From: Antechinus flavipes
Taxonomy: Eukaryota
Assembly (NCBI RefSeq): GCF_016432865.1
Contig: NC_067399.1
Location: forward strand, 465,062,001-465,126,000
Reading direction: 5' to 3'
DNA: 64,000 nt
Positions 1 through 11,899 of the stretch are shown piece by piece (position 1 is the stretch's first letter; every line of letters begins with the position of its first letter). Made by a program: the position numbers and the translations under genes. A model generated the notes under the pieces. The model was not told where the DNA came from and did no database searches. It saw only the letters and a program-made list of their open reading frames with translations.

Positions 1-712
1 TAAATGCTATGAGAACATGGTTTGCAGGGAAATAAAGACAAAATGAAAACTCTCCAAGTACAACAAAAATCAGGAAAAAACTAAATTTCATTCATTCAAA
101 GCGCTAAGCACAATATTTAAAATTAACATTTCAAGTAAACTTGTAGTTACTCAAATTATATGATAATTAAATAGGGAATTTCAAAAAAATCTAAATTTGA
201 TATATTGCTTGATATAATTGCCTGGAACAGTTATGCTCATATGTAGACATTTAAATGTTTTTCTGAATAAGTGTGACCTTGAGGAATTTTTCTATTCTAA
301 AAGCTTTTCAAGTTATAAGCTGCTCTGTGTGTCATTCGCTGACATGTAAAACTGCAGAAAAATTACTAATTTCTCACAAATATGATGGAAGGATGAAAAG
401 ATTGTTTAAAAAGAACCAATGTATAACATTTCACTTTTTGTTATTGGTAAACCACAATCTGTTAATAAGAATAGCTCACTATTTGATTTCATACTAGTGT
501 AGAAAAAGATTTGAGTCTAACACTGCAAAAATTTCTAACCCACTATTTTAGATTAATAGAAACAAAAAATACAAAAACTATTTTGAAGTTCAGCTATTAC
601 ATGTAAATCAGTCTTACAATTAAACAAATCTTTGTTTCAAATGTGTGCATTATTAGAATTTTAAATCATGTAGAAAATGCTACACATAGCATCTACTATT
701 TTATGCTTACCA

Positions 713-836
713 GTATGACCTTGGCCAAGTCACTTTACCTATCTAAACCTAAATTTCTTTAACATGGAAACATCCACCTGGGGTGGAACCAACTGAATAA
801 TCTCTTAAATTGCATCTAGTTCTGAAAGCTATGATC
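713..836 (+). mobile_element. MIR/CORE-SINE fragment
   Basis: tatgaccttggccaagtcactttacctatct...tttctttaacatggaaa resembles the MIR core; the 3' part resembles the MIR tail. Confidence 0.55.
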
Positions 837-3269
837 CTACATACATATACCTAGAAAAGGAAGCAGATAAGTCATTCTGCAAGAAATTTCAGATGGGACA
901 GTCCAAGTAACTTCAAGGATACCAAGAAAATATCAAAGAAACAATGCAAGAAAACCAGAACATTGGAGGATTTATAGAAATGAAACCCTCCTCCTACAAA
1001 AAAAAAAAAAAAAAAATTAAAGAAAGAAAAAGAAACAGAATGGAAAAGCATGGATAGCTTACGATGGAATTTAAGTACAGAAAAGTATTATTTAAAATGA
1101 ATAGTAGTAGCTTTAAATTTTCAAAGGAATTTCTTAATAATATTAATGAAATCTAGAAGAAGTTGGGAAGGATGATTCAAATATGTGATTTCAACCGTTG
1201 AAGGAACTCTTGCAAGAAAACTCCATCATTTCAGATCCATAAATTTTCTACAACTTACAGTGTTTGTGTGGACCACTGAGAAGTTAGGGTCTTGACTTCT
1301 AGATATGATTTCTGTTCATTATGATAAACTATCTTTCACTTTAAGTACTATTACCACCATTGTTTAACCACAAATTGCAGAAAAGATTTTAAGGGAGAAA
1401 AGGCTCAAATATATAATTTTGATGAATTTCTCCATAGTTCAACTATCTAAACTCTACTACAAGTTATTTTGCAGTTTAAATCAATTATTTAATGGATTTA
1501 AGATTAAACTTTTAATGACAGTTTCTAAAACACAAATTCTTTTTTCTGTTTATTATAACTATCACTTCCAATAAAATTCAAGATCCTTCAGAAGTTATAA
1601 GGACTAAAAATGAAAACATATTGCTTTGAGTAGCACAATTGTGTTTATTATATCGTATCAAGTAATTTTTCCTAGTATATTTATCCTTACTAGAGAAAAT
1701 CAAGTTCTTTATTCCTCTAATGACATTAGAAATCAATCAACTTGTTTTCATATGTCCGTTTTTAGAGAAATAATTTACTTCTTGGATAAGTGGCCATGCT
1801 CTGAAGTCTACTAATTATAAGAGGATTCAAAAGCAACTTTACTTTTTGCAGAGGAGATGTCTCTTTACTCAGAGTAGTGTGGGTGTACAAAAGTCACTCT
1901 GAAAAGTCTCACATAATTATAAAGACATAATAAGGACAATTAAGAAGATAACATTAACAGTGATATGGATACAGAACAACAAGTTTTTTTTGTTTCTTCA
2001 GCATGCTTTATTTTGCCTGCTTAATTTTTCAAATCTAGGGGAAAAAATGCTTCTGGCTAATACAATAAAAGAATACTACTTGAAATATACAACCTCTAAA
2101 ATGCTAAACTTATATACAAATTTCTAAAGTTCTTAAAATTAAAAAAACTCTAGCCAAAATAAAAAATCCATCAAAATGTTTGTTTTTAAAGTTGTAAACA
2201 GAGCAAAATAACAAGTTGGCAATTTAGTAAGGAAATTGTCCCACTAGTACAGTCATATTTGATCAACAATTAAAGGGTTCTAATGCATGTGATCTTGAAA
2301 AGGATTGTCTTTAAAGTTGTAGAAAACATCCATATTTTTCCTAAATATAACAGAAATTGAATTTTGTGACCTTTTTTTCTTCAAGTAATTTCCCCAATTA
2401 TCAACTCAGAATTTGATATATGAATGTTAAAAGGAATAAAAGCTAGAAAAACTATAATATGGGATGGGGAAGAGAAGAGAGTAAATTTATTGAGATATAA
2501 TAGCTTTCAAATATGATCCAGGAAAAAACTCAACATTTTAAATAAATGCCCATAAGAGAGGTAGGAGGATTCAGGTTAAGCATACTCCACATAACAAATA
2601 CTACATTTAGATCTATTTTTATTACTGTCTTTTTTCTGTTTGTCACATTTCTTTATTATTGAAACTAGAGGTGAAGACAGCCACATAATCTTTTCCATCC
2701 CTTATTCTTAAGGACGAAAAGTAGATACTATTCCCTCTTATGCATTCTCTAACATGATGCCCAATTCAGTTTCAAATGCCTGTAAAAACAATGATGCTTT
2801 ACACCATTCCTCTAAGATGGTGGAAAAGTCGCCCCAAGAGGCTTTCCCACAAGGAGGGGGGGCTAGGGGAGGAATACAGACACACAAACACACCAATAAA
2901 TAAATTCCCTGGCTCTCTTTCATTCAATTATCCTAGTCACATCCCCAGAGCCATCCTGTAGCCAATCCTCTCTTCTCTTACTGCTGAGACCCCTTTACAT
3001 GGCACCAAGGGGCATTGTTTGGCTTGGGTCAAAATATAGTGGCTGTTATTCGAAAAGAGAGGTGTTTGTGAATGTAAAGGAGGTCTTCTACTTAGTAGAT
3101 TCTCCTTATGTTCGGATTCCACCCCCTACCTGGGCCTCAGAAGAAATGACACACTGGCAGAATTGATGATGCTTAACTCCATTCAAACTAAAACATCAAG
3201 ATTCTCTGTTAATTTTAGAATCATACCTAGTCGTCTTCTCTGCGTGTTTTGTTTTGTTTTGTTTTTTAA

Positions 3270-3700
3270 TGAGGAAAAAAAGGAAGGAAAAAGACAAATG
3301 GGAATGGGGAAAGGAAAAAGATAGAGTGAAGGAAGAGGGAGAAAGGGGAATAAATGTTGAATGATTGAGAGAAAATATAAATGGAGAGGATAAGAGAAGA
3401 AAGTGAGAAAGGAAAGAGGGAAAACTAACAGACATGGAAAGGGGAACAAGAGGAAGGTGAGGGAAACAGGGAGACTGGGAAGGAGAGAGGGAAGGGGGAA
3501 AGAGAAGGGAGAGGTAGGGAAGAGAAAAGAGAAGGGAAAACGAGAGGGGAAGAAGCAAAAAGAGGGAGGAGAATAAAAGGGAGGGAGAGAAGAAAAGAGA
3601 AAGAGTGGGAAGGCATAAGGGGAAAGGGAGAGAAGCAAATATATTAGGGAAGAAAGGAAAAAAAAAAAAAACATAAAAGAGAAAAATAAAGAGGTCCTTC
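3270..3700. repeat. ~430-bp polypurine (GA-rich) low-complexity tract in the intron next to the first exon
   Basis: Plus strand is almost entirely G/A (gaaaaggaaggaaaa, gagagggaagggg...). Confidence 0.9.
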
Positions 3701-3719
3701 ATAGAGCTCTGAGAGACCC

Positions 3720-4400
3720 TAACCCCGATAGCCCCTTTCTGCGGGCCACAGCTCCGGCCTGGGCGGGGCGAGGGGAGGGAAGAGTGGCTGATGCCTGGCC
3801 CCTTCGGCTGCAGTCAACCAGCAGAGTAGAAAGAGGTAGCTGCGGGAACCCCGAAGGGGAAGGGAGTGGGAAAGATCGTAGTCAACCAGGCGGGCACCGA
3901 CGCTGTCAGGCACAGACGTTCTCTCAGGGCGCCCCCTCACGGCCTCCCCACGGCCCAGGCCCCGGTTCCCGCCCGTCCGCCCTACCTGAGGGCCCGGGCG
4001 GGGTCGCTACGGACCGCTCCGGGGAGCCCCGGGGCGACGGCGGTGACGGGGGTCGGCGACGAAGGCGCCTCCTTTCCCCGGGGCACAGCTCGGCTGCGGC
4101 TCCACGGCCTCAAACTCCATCGGGAGCAAGCGGGAAAGCCCCGTTGGCGTTGGCGGTGTAGGCGGCGGCGGCGGCGGCGGCCGCAGCGGCGCCTCCTCCT
4201 CCTCCTCCTCCTCCTCCACCTCCTCGCGAGAGGCGGACGGGGAGGGAGCCGGGCCCCGGGATCCTCTCGCGAGGAAACACGCCCCAACTCGCGCGAGAGT
4301 TAGCTCACAACACTTTGCTTCGCCCTCAGGGCTTTCAGGTTAATCCACCCCTATCACGTGACGAAGGAGCAAAGCTGGGGTACTCTGGGAAACGAGAACT
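3720..4400. promoter_or_regulatory. CpG-island promoter of the minus-strand gene (RC3H2 by synteny)
   Basis: High GC and CpG density; TCTCGCGAGG motifs at 4222-4231 and 4265-4274; TCACGTGAC E-box at 4354-4362; (GGC)6 at 4161-4178 and (CCT)8 at 4192-4215. Confidence 0.85.
3986..4260 (-). other. RC3H2: Non-coding first exon, probably of RC3H2 (Roquin-2); 5' boundary approximate
   Basis: Minus-strand donor CTCAG|GTAGGG with exon end 3986 inside the CpG island. Identity is inferred from recalled gene order RC3H2-ZBTB6-ZBTB26-RABGAP1; no RC3H2 coding exon is in the window. Confidence 0.6.
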
Positions 4401-7114
4401 GAAAGAGAGACTTCTGGGAAATTCCCGTCCATCCCCTGTTTCTTAGTAGCCCGTATTCAATAGTTCAAGCTAAAGTTGTCCGAGGCATACTAGCTCAAGG
4501 ACAATGGTGATATTTGATTTCTCTCCATCTACATCTCCCCACAAAGTTGGCAGGATTTGACATATAATTATCTTATTTTGCAAACAATATTTACCCTAAT
4601 AAGAACTACTAAGAGCAAGTGTCAAATGTAAGCCCAGGCTTGTAAACTAAGCCCTGCATAAGAAAATCACTTGATATTGCCAGACTTTTACATGTTAAAT
4701 GACTATTCTTTAGACCTATTCTAAGTCTAAAATTGTATGATAGCCCCTTGAATTGGGAAGAAAGTATTTTTCAAATATTGAACTGAATTAAGATGTTCAA
4801 TCTCCAAAAATGTTATTTTTTATGAATCATTCTATCTACCCATGTAATGTTTTAAATTTTAAAACATGAAACTCATGGGGGAAAATACTTAGTAGATACA
4901 CAAATCTATTGCTATAGATTTAAAAGCAGTCTTATACTTAAATTTTTTTTTCTTTTAAAATTCCCTGCTCCATTTTGACCATTAAAAACAAGCAATTACG
5001 TAGTTGTTGATAAAATGTTCTGTTGCTATGTTTTTGAAATGAAGGAACTCCCATGTTACAGAATAAACCAAAGGTAATATAAAAATTGCTTAATGGCTGA
5101 CTGACCAAAGCACTTCACCCATCTTGAATCTCTTTCCTCATTTGTAAATTGAAATAATACTTACTCTGCCTACCTCAGTGTTAATGTGAATTTATGTATT
5201 TGTTAGATTATAAAGTTTGCAAGGAAAATATTTGTGTAAACCGCAAAGTCCTGCCTTTTCTTGAAAATTCACAAATTCCCCCAAACCCATCAATGGTTTA
5301 TCCAACCTCCATTTAAATATCCTAAGTATTAAAAAGTTAGGTATATTTGAGAAAATGATACAAGTCAGGTGAACAAAAGAGGTATTTCATTTAGAAGAAA
5401 TCAGTTTTCTTCAAGATTTTTAAAACAAATATAATAAAGTTAAAACTTTAATTCATGGGCCTTTCAATTTTCTCTTGTCCATGGGGGGGGAAAAAAAAAA
5501 ACCAAAACATTGCATTTCTCTACAAAGAAAAATTTATATTCTATATTAAAAAATATTATAAAAGGAACTTAGCATAGCATCTCGTATATAGTAGGTACTA
5601 GATAAATGTTTCTTTTTCTGTCCCCTTTTCTACCCAAACACACCTGCTTTTCTAAAATTAGGTTTCATTTTCCAAAGCTTATTTATATCATGCAAGTAGA
5701 CACTGTTGAGAATTCCTTCTTGTGGAAACATTGTTATTGGAAAATACAACCAATATTTCTAACCTTTCTCTCCATTTCAAAGATTTAAAAGTGCTTTATC
5801 AAAGGATTCTCATGACATAAGGATATGTGTGATACACATATACATATATACATATGTATAGATGTGTGTTTATGTCAGTATCAAAATTAGTTACAATTGG
5901 AAAGAAAATATTTTTCAAATATTGAACTGGGTTAAGATATACATTCCCCCAAAATGTTATTCCTTATGAATCATTCTGGCCACCCATAAAATGTCTTAAA
6001 TTTTAAAAACATTAAACTATTAATGAGGAAAAATAAAGATTCAAAGTAAATCTCAAGAAAATTTCATCTGAAAGGTAAAGTTTATCTAAATACAATCATT
6101 TTAGAGATCCAGGTCAAAAGCAGTTAAAATTGCGAAAAAGTGAGATCCTTAAAGGCAATATTCTTATTTTATTTAACCATATTATTTGATATATTTTGGG
6201 TAAGGCCCTCTTTACCTGTTTCATCATCTATCATATCAGGATAATAACTGTACTTCCTATTTCATCAGATTTTTGTAAGTAAAGTTTTTTGCAAAAATGC
6301 AAAATATAGCACATAAGCCTTTTTCTCCACTCATAAATGATAACTTTACAAATGTTTAGTGAATATTTTCTAACAGAGAAAAAAATAACTATTTTGGTTA
6401 AATTCTAAAACTACTACATTTACAACATTTTAGATAGATCTATGAATCCCTCTCAAGTTTCCCATCCATTAGCTCAAATGATCAGTAAAATTTAAATTCA
6501 CAAATTAGAGCTAATACCTTACAAATCAAATTCACTCTCTTTATTATGCAGATATGGGAGAGAGAGTGGTGGAAATGCAGATATGGCCCAGAAAATCTAA
6601 ATGACATTTTCAAAACTTACGATTCTGTGTTTCTATTGTGATTTCCACATTGAACTGATGAAATGTAATCATTTAGCAATTATATATTAATTGATCTTCA
6701 GCTAATGGATGGCAGGAGCTATTGAAAGGCCTTCCTTTAATGTAAGGCAGACACACTAAGAAGTCTTAAAATGGGAAATTCATTTAACTTCTCAGTATCC
6801 CCAGGCAATAAAACTATTAAAGAAGAGACAATATTGCTTTTCCACAATCCTACAGGGATAGTCCATAATGGAAATTTCCCTACACATGCTGAAATCAGTT
6901 TTGGAAATTTTTTTTTTTTTATCTTGTTTAAAGCCTTACAAATAGCTGAAATGTAAAACACTTGAAAATAATAGTTTCAAAAGAAATATCCCACAGAATG
7001 CCTACAATAACATTAGAATGGGATGATGGAAAGGATAACATTTGCCTTTTAGGTTTATTTGTATTTTTTCAGTTTTCTTACACAACATAATTGCCACATT
7101 GCAGGAGGCACAAC

Positions 7115-7700
7115 CAATCAATCAACAAGCATTTATTAAATGTCTACTATGTACCGGGCACTGGGACTACATAGACACAACAATCCCTGCCCTCAAGAAG
7201 CTTACATTCTATTAGAAGAAACATGTACACATATAATACAAAATTTATACATAGTAAATATAAAGTAAATGGAAAGTGGGTAGAAGACAGGGGAAGGATA
7301 CTAGGAGAATCAGTAAAGGCCTCATGTAGGAGGTGGCACTTAAGATAAGCATTAAAGAAAGAGAAGGATTCAGAGGCAGAAGTGGGGAGAGAATGTATTC
7401 CAGGAATAAAGATGTTAAACCCATGAAGAAATGTTTTATCCAGATAGGAAGTAGCAAGGTCAGTTTTGCAGAATTAGTGTGTAAATGTGAATAATGTAGT
7501 AAGGATGGAAAAATTAATGGGCTTTAAATGACAAAGAACAAAAATTTGTACTTTTTCCTAGAGAAAATAGGGAGTCACTGGAGCTATAGGGATAGGGAAA
7601 TGTTTTGTTAGAACTGTGCTTAGGAATACTGCTTTGGCAGGATGTCTGGGAGAGGGGAGAGGGGAGAGTTCTGATGAAGGGAAAATAATTAGGAGCCTAA
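7115..7700 (-). mobile_element. L2 LINE 3' fragment
   Basis: aatcaatcaacaagcatttattaaatgtctactatgtaccgggcactggg is the reverse complement of the L2 3' terminus, followed by typical L2 purine-rich sequence. Confidence 0.75.
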
Positions 7701-9564
7701 TGAAATATGATTTAACACTAAATTACTTCTCATAGGTTGACACAATGTCTTATCCAACAAGGTTCTACTGTACCATAAGTATATAGAAGTAACAAGGAGC
7801 TTTAGCATTTAACAAAAATTTTACTTGTACTACACTCACTGCAAATGTTTTTACTTTTGACACAACAGTATTCTCTTTGTGTATTCTCTTCATGGAGAAT
7901 ACATATATCTGGATAAAGAAAAAAGCACTCAAATTATTTTAATATCAATCTTTGAAATTCAACCCTAGCCACATGAATAAAAATTTAGCACTAAGAAAAA
8001 TCACAACTACCCATGTACAATACTAAGGCTAAAATAAAAATCTAGATTAAAGATTGCCATGAGAAAAAAAAAAAAAAAAAAGACATTGCCTAGACAAAGT
8101 AAAAAGAGTAATGATATATAGAACAAATTCAATTTTTTTTATAAATTGTGAATTTCTAACAAATGCTATTTTTCATTGGTTACATAATCAGACTGATGAT
8201 GAAAATATCTGATGTTTGTATTAAATATAATCTAAAGACCACAGCCAATTTAGTATTCATTTCCAAAGTATGTGAACCAGTAATTCAAACAAGTAAAATT
8301 TATTTTCAAATGGAATTAAATTAAAATATATATTTAAAACATTATGAGTATAATTACTTTTTATTCCAGTGAAAGAATAAAAAGAAACTTTTTATTCCAG
8401 TTTTATGTATGAAAACATATAAAGAAATGTTTATATCCTTTTATCTCTATGTGTGTATACTTACATATACATATGTTTCCATATAAAACACGAATACACA
8501 TATAGTGGTGTGTGTATATGGTATGTGTGTGTGTCTGTCTATAAAACAAGTTTAATATAACCTTTTGTTTTCTTTTGGTGGAACAAGTAGGATGCAACAT
8601 ATTCACAATGATTTGTGCCCAAGAATTTGTATAGAAGATATTAATAAGGATCAGAAAAGAAGATTGGCAAATAATGTAGCAAGAGGGAGAAATAACAGAT
8701 GTACAGAATGATCCAAGTGCTGCAATATTATCCAAAAAATAATAAATTAAAATGACATCTGATGTGTTAGGTTGAATCTTTATGGAAGATTGACATAAAG
8801 ATAAAGCCAGAAATACAGGATGAAAATAAGTATGGATGAGTTGCCCTTTGGACAAGCAGAGAATACTCACACTAAAAGAAACGATATGCTGAATAATTTC
8901 TCAGGAGGCAATAGGAATTTTTTTGTACACAAGGAATATTATTCTTTTATCATTTCAACCACGTAACTGCCCTACTGTATGGTTTAGAAAAGTGGTAGAA
9001 TTTATAAAGGCAACCAATATATTTTTTCCCAAATAGGGAAAGATTTATCACACTTGCTTTCACCCACAGGACAAATAGTTTTCAAAAGTGATTCTAAAAT
9101 GAACCAAGACTGGCAAAGTCCCAGATTTCTTTTCTTTTAATGGTCACCAAGATAAAGGTACAAGTAAAATATGGTTGCTGTTCGTGTATGAAGCACTAAC
9201 AATGCAAATTCAGTAAAAAATCTGAAAAATACCATTGAGTTCTTTCTTCCCCTTAGCCAAGAGTCAGTTAATAATATTAACCAAATACCTATGTTCACAA
9301 CACTCTATAAAGCACCAAAGAGGCTGGCTATCAAATCACCTAATATTTTGGTAATGATACTTAATAAGGCAGCCTAGAATTTCATCAACCATTCCATAAA
9401 CTCCAACAATTTTTAACAAGAAATATTACAAAAACTTTAGTATGCCAGTACATCAAAAAATAAGACAAATATAGGAAGGAGGGAATGCGGAATTACAAAA
9501 GAGTATTTTTGCAAAACTCAAAATAATGGATTATAATATCCAAATTTCCAAGTGTTTACTACTA

Positions 9565-10845
9565 TTAATCATAGTCTATTTTGACTTTTGTGATGATATC
9601 AAGGTTTGCCCTTTCACCACTATTTCTCCCATGAACAGAGGTCAAGTGTTTTTTGAGGGCAGATTTGTGCTTGAAGTCCATGTCACAACAGTGGCACTTA
9701 TATGGGCGATCTCCACTGTGAATGTTCAAGTGGTCCTGAAGAGTGCTCTTGGCAGTAAATGTCTTTAAACACACAGAACACTGGAATGGCCGTATGCCCA
9801 TATGTCCTCGAATATGTCGATTAAGATTTTTCTTCTGTGTAAATGTTTTTCCACATTGCAAACACAAAAACAGTTTGTGCATTTTCAGATGGCGCAGATA
9901 GTTTTCAAGATGAAGAAATCCTCGTGGACACTTAGGGCACTGGTGTCGCCAGGAATAACCCTCTTCTAAACTTTGAAGCCCATTTGTTACACCAACATTG
10001 CCTTCTGTACTTTCACCAATAAACCCCTGAAAGTGACTTCCAGGAACTTCTGTCATCCTACTTTCCACTGTCGAATTAATAAGTGAATGCTGTGTTTCGG
10101 GAAAATATATATTTGTTTTTGAAGAAGTACAAGGTTGTGAAAACTGCTCACTTTCTACAGTAGGCACATTGATAGAATCCATTCGGAAGATGCAAATTTC
10201 ATCATTTTTATACCCTATTTCAACTGCTGAAATCTCTGATGTTTTCATATCTTTTTTGTCCAATATCAAGCCCTGTATAGTAGGCTGCAAAACATTGTCT
10301 TTTTCTTGTTTAACTTGGATGTCCAAATTTACAGGACTGTCTTCAGAAATCTCAATTATTTCACAGTCTTTCTCTAAATTTTCATCTTCATCCTTTAGTT
10401 CTGGATAAGAGGAATGACATGTCTCAGCACCCTGGCTATTGTTCTTCATGGAAGAATCTATTTCCAAATACTTGGACAAAGCTTCTGTGCACTTCTCCAC
10501 AATATGTACCATTTGAAGGTAACTTGCAGCAGTCAAATATTTCAAAAGCTCTTTCCTTTTAACCTCCAATGCACCAGTATAACAAGAGAGCAATAACTTT
10601 CTGCCAATCTCTGCACTCTGCAAGATGGTGATTCTGACCTGCTTTGACTGGTTGAGTAAAAACTGATCTCTCATGAAAGTAGAGCAAGCAGCAAAAATCA
10701 CTTTGTGGCCCTGGAATTCCGTGTCATTGATATAGATGGATACATCACAAAATAAATTCTGCTGTCTCAAGAGGTTCATTTTCTGTAGGACAGCATCACC
10801 TTGCTGCTCAAATTGGAAGTGCAGGACATCAGATTCAGCAGCCAT
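9565..10845 (-). CDS. ZBTB6: Zinc finger and BTB domain protein 6, single coding exon, 426 aa
   Basis: MAAESDVLHFQFEQQGD... N-terminal BTB domain plus four C2H2 fingers (HQCPKC...H, FLCLQC, FQCSVC, YKCHCC), matching recalled human ZBTB6. ATG at 10845-10843 lies 7 nt after acceptor ttttttttaataag|TGTGACC (exon starts 10852). Confidence 0.96.
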   Translation of the reverse strand: MAAESDVLHFQFEQQGDAVLQKMNLLRQQNLFCDVSIYINDTEFQGHKVIFAACSTFMRDQFLLNQSKQVRITILQSAEIGRKLLLSCYTGALEVKRKELLKYLTAASYLQMVHIVEKCTEALSKYLEIDSSMKNNSQGAETCHSSYPELKDEDENLEKDCEIIEISEDSPVNLDIQVKQEKDNVLQPTIQGLILDKKDMKTSEISAVEIGYKNDEICIFRMDSINVPTVESEQFSQPCTSSKTNIYFPETQHSLINSTVESRMTEVPGSHFQGFIGESTEGNVGVTNGLQSLEEGYSWRHQCPKCPRGFLHLENYLRHLKMHKLFLCLQCGKTFTQKKNLNRHIRGHMGIRPFQCSVCLKTFTAKSTLQDHLNIHSGDRPYKCHCCDMDFKHKSALKKHLTSVHGRNSGERANLDIITKVKIDYD

Positions 10846-11009
10846 GGTCACACTTATTAAAAAAAACAAAATATAAATGTTATAGTGGGAGATGAAGCTC
10901 CAACTTAAAGATTGCTATAAATCACTATAGTTTAAACAAAATCAATTAGAAGTCAGATCTAAATGTTGGCATCTATGGCATTATATTGCTATATGACCTT
11001 GGATGAGTC

Positions 11010-11400
11010 AGAATCATAAATTTGGAAATGTGAGGAGGAAGGAGCCTTTATCCAACTTCTAACTGAAGGCCAAAACACAACATTCATGAAAGGCAGGTAA
11101 CCTAATTACTTGCCTAAAAAGTAGTCAGCCTTCTCCTGAACACTTACAGTGAATAGCTTACTACCTCACAAGACAACTCTTTCCATTGTTAGACAATTGT
11201 TAAGGTCTCCCTCATATTAAGCCCAAATAGAGCCAAAACCCACCTTTCTAACAATTCCACTCACAAACCTTGCTTCTCATTTTGTCCTTTGGGGTCTAGT
11301 GGAAATCTAAGCTCTTTCACAATAAGTGACAAATATTTGAAAAGAGTATTCATGTCCCCTCTCCCAAGATTGCTTTTCTCTGGGTAAAATCTCTCTCCTA
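11010..11400 (-). mobile_element. L3/CR1 LINE fragment (old)
   Basis: ctactacctcacaagacaactctttccattgttagacaatt... and aaatatttgaaaagagtattcatgtcccct resemble the reverse-complement CR1/L3 3' region. Confidence 0.5.
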
Positions 11401-11574
11401 CCTTAGATGTTTCACTTCTCCTCTCTTCAGTTTATTCGTCCGTAAGAAGAAAGGTTGAACTAAATAAAATGTAAGTTGCTGTTGAACAACGCAAACCCCA
11501 AATTCATTCAGAAAAGGATGTGAGGGTAATACCCGGACAAAAACTCTTAAAAACTCTATTCCTTCTAGTTAGAT

Positions 11575-11765
11575 AAGCAATGATACAGTGAAAGGAGCAC
11601 TGGGCTAAAAGTTAGGAGACCTGTATTGAAAATAGGGTTCTCACACCCAAACTTGCTCAATCACCACAAACGAATCTTTGGAAACTACCGGTTTGTTTTC
11701 ACATCTATCAAATAAGGGAGTTAGAATGATTGTCTGTAAGGTCCCTTTCAAACCTAAAAGATCAT
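11575..11765 (+). mobile_element. MIR SINE
   Basis: acagtgaaaggagcactgggctaaaagttaggagacctg...tctatcaaataagggagttagaatgattgtctgtaaggtccctttca. Confidence 0.65.
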
Positions 11766-11899
11766 AAATAGCAGACCATAAATAGCCTCCAGGTGTCTCG
11801 CCTTCTAAATATATCAAAAGCGGAGATTATAATTCCTGCCGATCTCATAAAAGTGTGGTGAGAGCAGTTGTGACCATCGTATTGAGTCTGACCCCTTGA

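Noticed and set aside
2600-2779. Possible alternative terminal exon in RC3H2 intron 1 (acceptor ttgtttttacag|G at 2780, AATAAA at 2623-2618)
   Set aside because: Both motifs are common in AT-rich DNA and there is no transcript evidence.
3183-3702. Overlapping F/L/S/P-rich ORFs of 163 and 168 aa
   Set aside because: They are translations of the polypyrimidine strand of a low-complexity tract that simply lacks stop codons.
3784-4303. Several Arg/Gly/Pro-rich ORFs in the RC3H2 CpG island
   Set aside because: GC-rich DNA has few stops, and there is no recognisable domain. Only the ATG-initiated exon-contained uORF is kept as a lead.
8196-8212. C-box (ATGATGA) and D-box (CTGA) like motifs
   Set aside because: Only 6 nt apart, far too close for a C/D snoRNA, and there is no terminal stem.
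8403-8870. 155-aa minus-strand ORF downstream of ZBTB6
   Set aside because: Non-ATG start, AT-rich and CA-repeat-derived residues, no recognisable protein; probably 3' UTR.
10846-10869. N-terminal extension MFFLISVT of the ZBTB6 ORF in the track
   Set aside because: It runs through the intron polypyrimidine tract and acceptor at 10853; the real start is 10845.
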